A stretch of 64,000 nt of DNA from Sulfitobacter sp. (GCA_024637305.1 JAGXFI010000065.1:14195-78194), one strand, 5' to 3'. Shown: positions 1 through 9,536, numbered from the stretch's first letter. Translations and numbers: made by a program. Notes: generated by a model not told the origin, from the letters alone.

Positions 1-1
1 T

Positions 2-232
2 CCAGTCCGACCATCATCACTCACCTCTGCCCTGTATCTCATCGCAGAAAAATCGCTGGGTATTATGGGGCCGGCCAGTTTTTCTATCGCCATTGGCAGC
101 AATACTTTTTTCGCAGCCAGATTGCTCGGACATTCTGTACTGATCGCAGCGGCAGCGATAACGGTCGCGATCTTAACGGCAGCAGCAAAAAAGCCATCTT
201 TATCGTGGCTTAGGTGGATGCCACGTTCGTGA
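2..232 (+). CDS. possible 3' end of a membrane-protein gene entering from the left edge (partial)
   Basis: This frame is open from the window edge to TGA at 230-232. The translation ...LTSALYLIAEKSLGIMGPASFSIAIGSNTFFAARLLGHSVLIAAAAITVAILTAAAKK... is TM-like. No family recognised, local GC is only ~50%, and other frames are also partly open. Confidence 0.3.
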   Translation, partial: PVRPSSLTSALYLIAEKSLGIMGPASFSIAIGSNTFFAARLLGHSVLIAAAAITVAILTAAAKKPSLSWLRWMPRS

Positions 233-433
233 AAAAGTCTAAGACTTGCCGAAAATCCATCAGATCATCTACGCCACCAAGCTGATCCACCCGGCGATCC
301 AAAATTTCGATAAAGGCGGTAGGGATGTCCTAGAATGGTTTCCGGCAAGGGCGGTTTTCTATCATGTTCGACGCGCACTTCTATGCGTGACCATAACTGA
401 AACCCGCACGGGCCAAGCCAGAAACGCGGAATT

Positions 434-468
434 AGGGCACTCCCTCACCGGGAAGTGCCCTTTCTTTT
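434..468 (+). terminator. rho-independent terminator-like hairpin
   Basis: AGGGCACTCCC-TCACC-GGGA(A)GTGCCCT stem with one bulge, followed by TTTCTTTT on the plus strand. It lies just below the stop of the minus-strand gene at 480. Confidence 0.55.
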
Positions 469-479
469 AATTCGCCTAT

Positions 480-1028
480 TCAGCGCTTGCGACGGCGCAT
501 CGCGGCAAGGCCGCCGATCCCTAGCAACATCAGCCAGCCAGCAGCAGGCAACGGCACCACGGTGGTCTGGCCTGTATTATAGAAGCTGACGTGGGATATG
601 TCATTCAGGGTGGTAAAGATCGAGCCCCCGAAGTATTCCGTTTGGTCCAACAGCCAGACCTCATAGAAATTCGACTGCTTGACCGCAACATACTTGGGAT
701 AAAGAACGTCGACCGCACCCGTGACGAGCGATGGATCAAACGTCCAAGCGAACGAGTAGCCCGCACTTCCCTGAGTGTAATCCAACGTGAAGGCATTGGA
801 ATAGTCGCCAGGCGCACCACCCTCATCTTCCCAGTTGCTACACTGCACGAAACTTGCGCCACCGGTCCCGGTATTGCATTTCGCCAAAGACGGGGAACCA
901 TTCAGACTAGCTGGAAAAGGGTCGTTTCCGCCGCCGCCTAGGCCAGGCACCAATGTCGCCGCCAAAACCCCAGTTCCCGACAACGCCAGCCCCGAAGCCA
1001 GCATTGCGGCTGTTAACTTCATTTTCAT
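480..1028 (-). CDS. VPLPA-CTERM sorting-domain secreted protein
   Basis: N-terminal signal peptide MKMKLTAAMLASGLALSGTGVLAA. The C-terminus VVPLPAAGWLMLLGIGGLAAMRRRKR has the VPLPA motif, a hydrophobic helix and a basic tail. Start trimmed from 1112 to the MKMKL methionine. Confidence 0.8.
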   Translation of the reverse strand: MKMKLTAAMLASGLALSGTGVLAATLVPGLGGGGNDPFPASLNGSPSLAKCNTGTGGASFVQCSNWEDEGGAPGDYSNAFTLDYTQGSAGYSFAWTFDPSLVTGAVDVLYPKYVAVKQSNFYEVWLLDQTEYFGGSIFTTLNDISHVSFYNTGQTTVVPLPAAGWLMLLGIGGLAAMRRRKR

Positions 1029-1900
1029 ACTCTGTACCATTAACAATACTCCTGATAAATTTATCAACTTCGTTAACCTTTCGCCGCGCCAAGGTGAACA
1101 CATTTCGGCCACATTCTTGTTTATTCACCTGCAGGTTGAAAAATTGTTCAAAACGGAAGAGGGAAAGCCACCTAAACCGGCGAATTGTTTCCGATCCGTA
1201 AGCAGCGCCCGATCATGCATCAGCCCAGAGAGGCCGTGCGAATCACCTAGTTTATCCTTGTCCAAGCTTTAATTCGGACCTTGTTACCGATCCGCGGGGA
1301 GGCCGTTTCTCGTTGTAGGATATGCGCCAAGCCTTCAACTAATCGGTCGCGTGCAAGCGTCAGTAACCCGTCAGCGTTCAGGCTTTCGACCAACGACTTA
1401 CACGCGGTCATCCCACAGTTTCGCCTTAACCCGCCTCTCTGGGGTCTTGTTCCTGAACTGCGGCATCACACGCCGTTCGGATAGCGACCGCCCAATCGCT
1501 ACACATCACATCCTTCCAACCGGTTCGCGCATGCGATCCCGCCACCCGACCGCGCTTGCATGTGGTGCGAAACACACGTTACGCGCACGAACAAAAGCAA
1601 ACGCGACGCTTCGAAGAAAGTTTTCCAAACGTCGCCCTGCCCGCTTCAAGTCAGGTATTTCTGACAGGACCATACCGAGATCTTTGGCCCAACGTGCAAC
1701 GTCCCGTATCGGGTGGTCTCATAATGTTCGACAGCCTGTGCTGACGAGACCAGACCTACATCAAGCGCGCGGACGATCCGGTACAAGCACCTCGGAACGC
1801 TACGAACTTGGCGCAAGGAACCATTCTGTCGGTAGCGTGTTTCTATTCAGACGCATCTAAGCAGCCCCTGCACTGAGCGTCACAGTTTAGGAGCATAATC

Positions 1901-2428
1901 ATGTTCACCTCCGTTAAATCAATCGCCCTTGCTACAACCCTAAGCGTTGCAGCCCTCTCGTCTGCCGCCTACGCGGCAGACCCCATCGCTTTCTCGAATG
2001 TGAATGTCGAGGCGTCCATGTCCGCTGCTGAAAATGGGAACGCATTGACGGTGTTTCCGGAGATTGTCACCGATCTGAATACCGCTGTCAGCGAACGCAT
2101 CACGGCAAGCGATGATGATAGCGATCCGACCATCCGCATTGATGTTCGCAAGGTTTCTCTGAACGGTAACCCGATGCTCACAGGCAGCAACGAGTTCAAC
2201 GAAATCGAAGGCGTCGTAGATATCACCGACGACAACAACACGATCGGTTCGCAAAGCTTTGCCGTCAACGTGGCCGCTTATGCTGCTGATATTACCGTCC
2301 CGGAAGGCTATGTGACTGTCGCGCCGTCCGAAGAAGATTTCTATGATGCGATGATCAGCGGTTTTGCAGATGTTGTCGCTGCTCAGGTGGAAGAGATCAA
2401 CACCGCCCGCGCTGAGCGCGAAAAGTAA
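1901..2428 (+). CDS. secreted acidic hypothetical protein
   Basis: AGGAG RBS 7 nt upstream of the ATG. Signal peptide MFTSVKSIALATTLSVAALSSAAYA followed by ADP. A terminator follows the stop. No family recognised. Confidence 0.75.
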   Translation: MFTSVKSIALATTLSVAALSSAAYAADPIAFSNVNVEASMSAAENGNALTVFPEIVTDLNTAVSERITASDDDSDPTIRIDVRKVSLNGNPMLTGSNEFNEIEGVVDITDDNNTIGSQSFAVNVAAYAADITVPEGYVTVAPSEEDFYDAMISGFADVVAAQVEEINTARAEREK

Positions 2429-2450
2429 GCCGACTTACGTCAAACAAAGA

Positions 2451-2482
2451 GCGGCTGGTGCTTTTGCACCGGCCGTTTTTCG
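2451..2482 (+). terminator. rho-independent terminator
   Basis: GCGGCTGGTGC-TTTT-GCACCGGCCG hairpin followed by TTTTTCG, 23 nt after the stop at 2428. Confidence 0.7.
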
Positions 2483-2651
2483 TTTGCCTCTCCGCTTCGT
2501 GACAAACTCATGCGCAAACGGGTTTCCGCCGCGATGCCTGACCGTGGTCTCAACGAAATGCTAGGCTTGCAGCCGCGCAGGCGGCGGAAAAATGTCGAGA
2601 CATTTCCGCAAAACGCCCTCCTCGAACCTTAGGAGGCTTGGCGCGTGATAA

Positions 2652-2882
2652 AAGAGAATTTGTTCGTTCAACGCCTTCGCCCTGCCCCGTCGGAAGATCG
2701 GCGTTTTCGAAGGCCTGTGCGACGTGGTCGCCAATCAAGATCAGCTTGCAGGCATCATGGGCCATGAGATCGGCCACCTTCAGGCCGCGCACAGCCACAA
2801 ACGGACGGGCACGCAGCTTGCCACGGGCTGGGGAAGACGGCACTCAAGGCGATGCCGCCCGAGCTTTGAGAGCACCGTCTGA
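2652..2882 (+). pseudogene. M48-family zinc metallopeptidase remnant (N- and C-terminally truncated)
   Basis: This unlisted frame reads KRICSFNAFALPRRKIGVFEGLCDVVANQDQLAGIMGHEIGHLQAAHSHKRTGTQLATGW. It matches the NAFALPGG...GLL...ELAGVxGHEIGH core with the HExxH motif. In-frame stops at 2646 and 2649 lie just upstream, there is no start codon, and the stop is at 2880-2882. Confidence 0.7.
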
Positions 2883-2927
2883 CACCGATGGCGGCGTCAG
2901 AAGGGAAACGTGCATGATCCCTTCAGT

Positions 2928-4121
2928 TCAGGGAAAGCGATGAGCTTTCAAAGACTTGCCCAAGGCTGCAATCCCGGCCTGAATATTCGCCACGGATTGG
3001 GCGGAGAAGTTCAAGCGGGCGTAATTGGGACGCGGGGTCACCGGAAAAAAGGTGGCTCCGGGTACATAGGCCACGTGGGCCTCGGGCAGTGCCACGTCAC
3101 GCATGAAGGCGGTGGCGTCGAAACCTTCCGGAAATGTGACCCAGGTGAAAAGACCGCCATCGGGATCTGTCGCCGTAATCTCTTGGGGGAAATTCTGCCG
3201 GATCGCGTCGAGCATGGCATCCTTCTTGAGGGCGTATGCAGAGCGTAAGGTCTCGACATGAGCCATGAGGTCGTGCCGGTCCAGAAACAAGCTTGCGGCC
3301 GCCATGTTGAGGGTCGATGTCTGGGTATCTGCGGCAACCTTGAGCTGGCCCATGCGCTCAATCAGGGCGGGGGCGGCAACCGCCCAGCCGACACGCAGAC
3401 CCGGAACGAGAACCTTGGAAAAGCTGCCAAGATGGATGACCCGCCCCTGCGTGTCGAGAGACTTGAGAGTTGGCAGGGTTTCGCCGGAAAACCGGATATG
3501 GCGATAGGGCGTGTCTTCCAGCACGATCAGGTCGTAGGCGTTTGCGAGGGCGATCAGTTGCTTTCGTCGCGCAAGCGAAAGCGTGACGCCGGTCGGATTT
3601 TGGAAATCCGGTATCGTGTAGATCATCCGTGCCCGCGGATTGGCCTTCAGGACTGTCTCGAGAAGTTCGGTCTGCATCCCGTCGGCGTCCACCGGGACAA
3701 CGGCATATTCGGGCTGGCTGGGCTGGAACGCGATGAGGGCACCCAGAAATGTTGGATCCTCGGTCACGATCACGTCGTCCGGGTCAATCAGCATCCGGGC
3801 CGCAAAGTCGAGACCCTGTTGCGAGCCTTGCAGGATCAGCACGTCATCGCCGGTGCAATGCGTACCATCCTCCGACATCAGTCGGGCAATCTGATCGCGC
3901 AGATGCGGCAGACCGTTCGATGGCGCATATTGCAGGGCAGCGCCACCGGGTGTTTTGATGATGTCATGAAAGATGGCGTCAAGCTTATCCGCCGGAAACA
4001 GGGTCGCGTCAGGATACCCGCCGCCGAAAGAAATGATCGACGGATCGGCCCCCAATGCCAACAATTCTCCGATAGCCGATGGCCGAACCTTGTTCATCCG
4101 CTGCGCATATCTGGGCGTCAT
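2928..4121 (-). CDS. PLP-dependent aminotransferase (class I/II fold, MocR-type catalytic domain without HTH)
   Basis: 397 aa with an SFSKVLVPGLRVGW lysine motif and YxPxxG-type N-terminal region. AGGAGA RBS 6 nt upstream of the ATG at 4121. Confidence 0.9.
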   Translation of the reverse strand: MTPRYAQRMNKVRPSAIGELLALGADPSIISFGGGYPDATLFPADKLDAIFHDIIKTPGGAALQYAPSNGLPHLRDQIARLMSEDGTHCTGDDVLILQGSQQGLDFAARMLIDPDDVIVTEDPTFLGALIAFQPSQPEYAVVPVDADGMQTELLETVLKANPRARMIYTIPDFQNPTGVTLSLARRKQLIALANAYDLIVLEDTPYRHIRFSGETLPTLKSLDTQGRVIHLGSFSKVLVPGLRVGWAVAAPALIERMGQLKVAADTQTSTLNMAAASLFLDRHDLMAHVETLRSAYALKKDAMLDAIRQNFPQEITATDPDGGLFTWVTFPEGFDATAFMRDVALPEAHVAYVPGATFFPVTPRPNYARLNFSAQSVANIQAGIAALGKSLKAHRFP

Positions 4122-4415
4122 CCCGACTCTCCTGATCAGTTGTCCGCTTCAGGTGACACACGTAGGCGGAACGGTGCAAGCAGAGGCTGACGCTCAAAAG
4201 ATGATCATGGTCCGGTTGGTCAGTTGAGAACTGCCCGTCCGGACCACATCAATGACAGCGCGGATGTGGTGCCCACAGCTGAATATTTTGGAAATTGAAA
4301 GTACCGGAAGCGTCATCTGCCCGGTCTCCCTGTTGCTCCATGCGCCGCAACCCGCGCAGCACCGACGATCGCTGCTAAGCGCCACAGGGTCCTGAGGGCA
4401 GAGCTTTATGGACGT

Positions 4416-5291
4416 TCACTGACCGTCCCAGCGCCTCAACATCCAATACCATTGATCCGGGTTTGCCATGATCCGCGCAGACAGACTGTCGTTGAAAGCA
4501 CGGGTCATCGTGACGCTATCGGTGTGCGGTATCGGGGCTTCGAATTCGACGCGAAATGCATCTCCGCCTTCAATGCGAATTCCGTAGGCGGGGATCATGG
4601 GCAGATCATACTTGAGGGCAAGCTGTGCCGCCGACAGAGAGGTCAGAGCGTCATGCCCAAGAAACGGTAGCCGCTCCCCTTCAGCGTATTTCTCATCCAG
4701 CAGAATGGAAATAATACCACCATCCCGAAGATGACGCACAAGGGCTCTCGTACCCACGCGGCCAGTCGCCAAAATCGGTTTGCCCCCTGCTTCAATCCCA
4801 GCACGTATCCGCCGTTCGTAATGGCGGTTCTTTTGCGGGCGATACACGGCTCCGCTCTCAAACCCATGCATCTTGATTGCGGCCCGAACAGCTTCCCATT
4901 GCCCAAAGTGGCCGGAGACGACTATTACCCCTTTGCCAGCTGCCTGCGCTTTCTGCAAAGCGTCAAGACCGGGGCCTGAGACCCTAAATTTTTGGTGTTG
5001 GGTTTGGAACTCTGCATCGTGGTAAATCTCAAAGAGGGTCCGGCCCATATGCCGGCCCATCTCTTGGCCAAGTTTCGCGCGATCACTGCGCTTCATATCT
5101 GGGAAGACCCGTCTGGCTTCACGGTCAAATCTGAGTCTTGCTGGCGGAAACCAACGCATGACCACTGCAAAAGTCGTTCCCAATCCACGGGACCGCCGGT
5201 CAAAGGAACGCCAGCGCACGACTGTCAACGCCGACCACAAAGGAAAGTATCGGGCGTGATGGGCAACTGATTTCAGGGAAGCGGACAGCAT
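4416..5291 (-). CDS. lysophospholipid/lipid A lauroyl acyltransferase family protein (LpxL/HtrB-like)
   Basis: 291 aa with a VVSGHFGQWE motif (HxxxxE/D acyltransferase box typical of LpxL-type enzymes) and an N-terminal membrane anchor. Confidence 0.8.
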   Translation of the reverse strand: MLSASLKSVAHHARYFPLWSALTVVRWRSFDRRSRGLGTTFAVVMRWFPPARLRFDREARRVFPDMKRSDRAKLGQEMGRHMGRTLFEIYHDAEFQTQHQKFRVSGPGLDALQKAQAAGKGVIVVSGHFGQWEAVRAAIKMHGFESGAVYRPQKNRHYERRIRAGIEAGGKPILATGRVGTRALVRHLRDGGIISILLDEKYAEGERLPFLGHDALTSLSAAQLALKYDLPMIPAYGIRIEGGDAFRVEFEAPIPHTDSVTMTRAFNDSLSARIMANPDQWYWMLRRWDGQ

Positions 5292-5839
5292 GGCCCTGTA
5301 TGATCATTTTACGCGGTGATACCAATCAAAAAAACCTGATCAGAGTAACTGCCCCCTATGGGTGCCAAGATGCCGCCGCGGCACGGTGAATCAATTTGCC
5401 TCACACCGTGCACATCCGCAAATCCGCAAATCCAGCGAAGAAGGGTATCTGGATGCGCAGGGCATCACCACCCAGCGCAGCAACGGCATCGACAAGAAGT
5501 TCATCTGGCCCGGTTGCCGCAATGACTACAAGTGTATCAGTCCTCTCTTGCGACATTACAATTGCGGTGCCACCCTCTGTCAGAAAACCACTCCGTGATA
5601 GCATCCTGCGCAGGGTCAAAAGCCTGCACTTGTCCACGGATGGAAAACGCATCATCCAAAATCTTTTACGAAACCGCGTGAAAATTGAGGACTTTCGCAA
5701 TTGCAGGCACATTTGCCGTTTGATACCGTCTGAACAGCCAAACAGCAGGCAAATCACCGCTCAATTCCATCTTACATCGGCACTTGGCAACTCTGCCATG
5801 TCCTGCAACGGCGAACAAAATGACTTGGAAGGATCGTTC

Positions 5840-7435
5840 ATGCAAAACTGGCCCGCACAGATAGCGGATCTGATCGCCGTCGAGACACATTTCGGCCGGA
5901 CCGGCATCAAGTGTTTTTCCGACCGTCCCTCAGATCTGAATGCCATGATGCAGCAAGCCGTCGTGCGCAATCCGACGGGTGAGGCGCTGGTGTGCGACGA
6001 CGTCCGTCTGACCTATCGCGAGCTTGATGATCAGATCATCGCAGTGGCTGCTGGTCTTGCGGGTCTTGGCGTTACCAAAGGCGAACGGGTGGCCTTGCTG
6101 TTGGCTAATGGGCCCGAGTTTCTGATCGTTCTGCTTGCCAGCCTGCGCATCGGAGCCATTGCCGTCCCGATCAATGTGCGTGAACAAACGCCGGAACTCA
6201 TCCATATCCTGAACGATTGTGGGGCCACCGTGCTGGTCCATGATTCTGATATTGCAGGGAAACTACCTGTGGCGGCAGACGTGGCAGCGCTACAGCACCG
6301 GTTGAGTGTAGGTGGCCCTTCGGCGGGATCGCAGGACTATGAAACGCTTGCCGCATCCTACGTCACGTCGGCCCCTGTTCAGGTTCATGAGGAAGACACG
6401 GCTGTCATCCTCTATACATCGGGCACAACCGGGCGCCCGAAGGGCGCAATGCTGACCCATCTGAATATCATCCACTCTGCAATGCACTTTGAACTGTGCA
6501 TGGGACTGGGTGCGGACGAGCGGTCTTTGCTGGCCGTCCCTGCCTCCCACGTGACCGGGTTGGTTGCGACACTTTTCACGATGCTGCGCACTGCCGGGTG
6601 CAGCGTGATCATGCGCGCCTTCAAAGCCGAGGATTTTCTGGCCCTCGCCGCGCGTGAAAAAGTCACGCAGACGCTGATGGTTCCGGCAATGTACAACCTC
6701 TTTCTGCTGCGCTGCACCATAGCCGATTACGATCTGTCGCACTGGCGGATCGGGGGCTATGGCGGTGCCCCCATGGCGCAATCGACCATCCATGAACTGA
6801 CCGAAAAGCTGCCAGACCTGATCCTCGTCAACGCCTATGGCGCGACCGAATTGACCTCGCCCGCTACTATTTTGCCACTGGGATTGGGGGCCGAAAGATC
6901 TGACAGTATCGGTATCACGGTGCCCTGCGGCGAGATCAGGATCGTTGTTGCGCAAGGTCGGGATGCAGGCCCGGATGAGCATGGCGAAATATGGGTCAAG
7001 GGCCCGATGGTGGTTCCAGGCTATTGGAACAATCCTGAAAAGACCGCACAGGAATTCCAGGACGGCTTTTGGAAAAGCGGTGATATCGGATCACGCGATG
7101 CACAAGGGTTTGTGCGCCTTCACGACCGCAGCAAAGATATGATCATTCGGGGCGGCTACAACATCTATAGCGCCGAGGTTGAAAATACGCTGACGGCCCA
7201 CAAGGCCGTGATCGAATGCGCGGCCATAGGGCAGCCTGATCCGGTTCTGGGGGAAAAGCTGCATATTTTTGTTCATAGCAGCGATCCGGCTTTGGACGCC
7301 GCAGCGGTCAAAGCATATTGCGCCGCCCATCTAGCCGACTATAAAACGCCTGATTTTGTGACCTTTAGCGCCGATCCGCTTCCCAGAAATGCCAATGGCA
7401 AAATCGTCAAAAAAATCCTGCGCGATATGATTTAA
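5840..7435 (+). CDS. AMP-dependent acyl-CoA synthetase/ligase
   Basis: YTSGTTGRPKGAMLTH AMP-binding box, GYGxTE-like region, and C-terminal GKIVKKILR. Start trimmed from 5396 to MQNWPAQ (GGAAGGA RBS); the upstream 148 codons are not protein-like. Confidence 0.9.
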   Translation: MQNWPAQIADLIAVETHFGRTGIKCFSDRPSDLNAMMQQAVVRNPTGEALVCDDVRLTYRELDDQIIAVAAGLAGLGVTKGERVALLLANGPEFLIVLLASLRIGAIAVPINVREQTPELIHILNDCGATVLVHDSDIAGKLPVAADVAALQHRLSVGGPSAGSQDYETLAASYVTSAPVQVHEEDTAVILYTSGTTGRPKGAMLTHLNIIHSAMHFELCMGLGADERSLLAVPASHVTGLVATLFTMLRTAGCSVIMRAFKAEDFLALAAREKVTQTLMVPAMYNLFLLRCTIADYDLSHWRIGGYGGAPMAQSTIHELTEKLPDLILVNAYGATELTSPATILPLGLGAERSDSIGITVPCGEIRIVVAQGRDAGPDEHGEIWVKGPMVVPGYWNNPEKTAQEFQDGFWKSGDIGSRDAQGFVRLHDRSKDMIIRGGYNIYSAEVENTLTAHKAVIECAAIGQPDPVLGEKLHIFVHSSDPALDAAAVKAYCAAHLADYKTPDFVTFSADPLPRNANGKIVKKILRDMI

Positions 7436-8064
7436 ACCACCAATCCGTTGATGATGGTTTTGGCAAGGGTGTCGGCAATCTGTATCTGATCCGCGCGGCT
7501 TTGATCAGGGCGGACGCGATACCAATCCACCAGGGAATTGAGTGCGCCCATGATGGCGCGCCCCGCGATCGCGACGTCCGGTATCGATAACGTACCGTCT
7601 TCAACACCCTTTTGAAGAACGGCGCGGTACAGGTCTTCGTAGTCGTTGCGCCGCGCGATCAGTTCGTTCAGCACTTCGCGCTCCGCGCCGATGTCATGCC
7701 CGTGCAGATAGACGTTTACCCCCTGACGGATACTCCGCTGGAATGGCAGGGTTTCCATCATCACCAGCCCGTGCGCCTTGGCCATTTCGAACAGCTTTTC
7801 GTTCGCGGGCATGGGTTGGCTGACGATTGGCAAAATCGCATCAAAACAGAATTGCATGGCCTGGCGGTAGACAGCGAAAAAGATTTCGTTCTTCGATCTG
7901 AAGTGGTGGTATACCCGCCCCTTGGTCGATCCCAACTCGTGGGCCATGTCATCCATGGTGGCCTTTTCCAGACCGTATTTCATGAAACAAACGGCTGCTG
8001 CCTGAATGATTTGCGTCCGGCTGTCCAGCTTTCGCTTGGTCAATTTCGGCTCTGTGACATTCAT
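7432..8064 (-). CDS. TetR/AcrR family transcriptional regulator
   Basis: 210 aa with an N-terminal HTH (IIQAAAVCFMKYGLEKATMDDMAHELGSTKGRVYHHFRSK). Convergent with the ligase gene; the stop codons overlap. Confidence 0.9.
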   Translation of the reverse strand: MNVTEPKLTKRKLDSRTQIIQAAAVCFMKYGLEKATMDDMAHELGSTKGRVYHHFRSKNEIFFAVYRQAMQFCFDAILPIVSQPMPANEKLFEMAKAHGLVMMETLPFQRSIRQGVNVYLHGHDIGAEREVLNELIARRNDYEDLYRAVLQKGVEDGTLSIPDVAIAGRAIMGALNSLVDWYRVRPDQSRADQIQIADTLAKTIINGLVV

Positions 8065-8375
8065 CAGGCATTCCGTCTTGTGGCATCAAACAGCATGGTT
8101 TTGCAGCTCGATCACCCTATACGGGCAAACCTTTGAGTGACTGTGCAAGAACTACGTTACGTAAGGCAAGAGGTGTTCCACCGAAGCGCCTTGACACTCA
8201 GGCTGGCACGTTGATGTATAAACATACCGACGAGAATGTTTTTTTGCCGAGGTGTCTTCGGATGGGACAGACCTACTGCGCGGTAATAATGAACCGCAAG
8301 CCAGTTTGCCCAAACGAGAGACCATTGCCACGACGCCGGCATTCTTAATGATCAATGAGCTCGGGAGGAGCATAT

Positions 8376-9536
8376 ATGACCTATTCAAAACCATCACACG
8401 CTATCGCTATCGTTGCACTGGGGATGGCCTCCGCCATCGCCACGCCTGCTTTGGCACAGGAAAGCCTGAACTTTGCGTATGGCTACCCTGAAAACTCCGC
8501 GATCGGCATTGGTGTCGCAGACTACAAGAAGGCTGTCGAAGAGCGCTCCGAAGGGTCACTTTCCATTACAGGTTTTCCGATGTCGCTGCTCAGCCTATCC
8601 GAAACAAGCCCCGGCGTTCGGGACGGTCTGGCTGATGTGGGGTTCGTTTTGACGCCGTATCTGCCAGCCGAATACAGCACGAACCTGTTCCTGCACGAAT
8701 TGAACCTGCTGATCACCCTGGCCGAGAATCCGACCGGGAAAGAGCCGTTGGCGTACACTGGCGCGATGCTGGAATACACTTTCAACGATTGCCCCGAATG
8801 TCTGGCCGAATTCAAAGCCCAGAACCAGGTTTATACAGGCGGCGGCGTGACCCCGCTTTATAATCTGCTGTGCAAAGACGTCCAAATCACCTCAATAGAA
8901 GATCTGGCAGGCAAGCGTTTGCGTGCGGGCGGTGCCGGTTTCGTTCGGTTTGCTGAAAAATTCGGTGCCCAGGGTGTCCGTCTGCCCGTCAATGAAGTCT
9001 ATGAAGGGCTGGACCAGGGCATTCTTGATTGCGCCATGAACAGTGCCCCCGAGCTGACCAACTACAGCCTGCACGAAGTTGTCACCGACATAACGCTGGC
9101 CGTTCCGGGTGGTGCTTTTGCTGGCGTTGCTTCTGCCAACATCAACGCCGATCGCTGGAAATCACTGACCACCGAACAGCGCGAAGCGCTTCTTTGGGGC
9201 GGAGCACAGATGACTGCAAGCACCACGTGGGGCTTTTACAGCGATGACGCGGTCGCCATTCAGAACGCCAAGGACAAAGGTATCAACATCCTGCAACCTG
9301 ACGCCGAACTGGCAGCAGCGGTCAAGGATTTCGCCCGCGAAGATCTGGCACTCGTTTCCGATCTCTTCCGCGATACCTATGGCATTGAGCGCGCAGCAGA
9401 AATCACGGCTGAATTCGCGCCTATCCTGGAAAAATGGTACGGTCTGGTTGCCGACATCGAGACCAAAGAGCAGTTGCAGCAGCTCTACTGGGATGAGGTC
9501 GTCTCGAAGGTCGATCCTGCGACTTACGCTCAGTAA
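8376..9536 (+). CDS. TRAP transporter substrate-binding protein (DctP type)
   Basis: GGGAGGAG RBS before the ATG at 8376. Signal peptide ...ATPALAQE. Followed by small and large TRAP permease genes. Paralog of 20065-21201. Confidence 0.9.
   Translation: MTYSKPSHAIAIVALGMASAIATPALAQESLNFAYGYPENSAIGIGVADYKKAVEERSEGSLSITGFPMSLLSLSETSPGVRDGLADVGFVLTPYLPAEYSTNLFLHELNLLITLAENPTGKEPLAYTGAMLEYTFNDCPECLAEFKAQNQVYTGGGVTPLYNLLCKDVQITSIEDLAGKRLRAGGAGFVRFAEKFGAQGVRLPVNEVYEGLDQGILDCAMNSAPELTNYSLHEVVTDITLAVPGGAFAGVASANINADRWKSLTTEQREALLWGGAQMTASTTWGFYSDDAVAIQNAKDKGINILQPDAELAAAVKDFAREDLALVSDLFRDTYGIERAAEITAEFAPILEKWYGLVADIETKEQLQQLYWDEVVSKVDPATYAQ

Noticed and set aside
210-329. Protein-like minus-frame stretch DIPTAFIEILDRRVDQLGGVDDLMDFRQVLDFFTNVAST
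   Set aside because: It is bounded upstream by a stop and has no usable start codon, at only 39 codons. It may be a remnant but is not reportable as a gene.
246-470. 74-aa plus ORF with a TTG start
   Set aside because: It reads through the terminator hairpin. It has no RBS and an unconvincing composition.
3258-4190. 310-aa plus-strand ORF
   Set aside because: It is entirely antisense to the well-supported aminotransferase gene. It is Arg/Gly-rich with no RBS, a typical high-GC shadow ORF.
5396-5839. N-terminal 148-codon extension of the acyl-CoA ligase ORF
   Set aside because: The extension is not protein-like. A GGAAGGA RBS precedes the internal ATG at 5840, which yields a normal-length ligase.
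7432-7435. Overlapping convergent stop codons (TTAA) of the ligase and TetR genes; a similar overlap occurs at 56192-56195
   Set aside because: This is a real but trivial consequence of compact gene packing, not a functional element.
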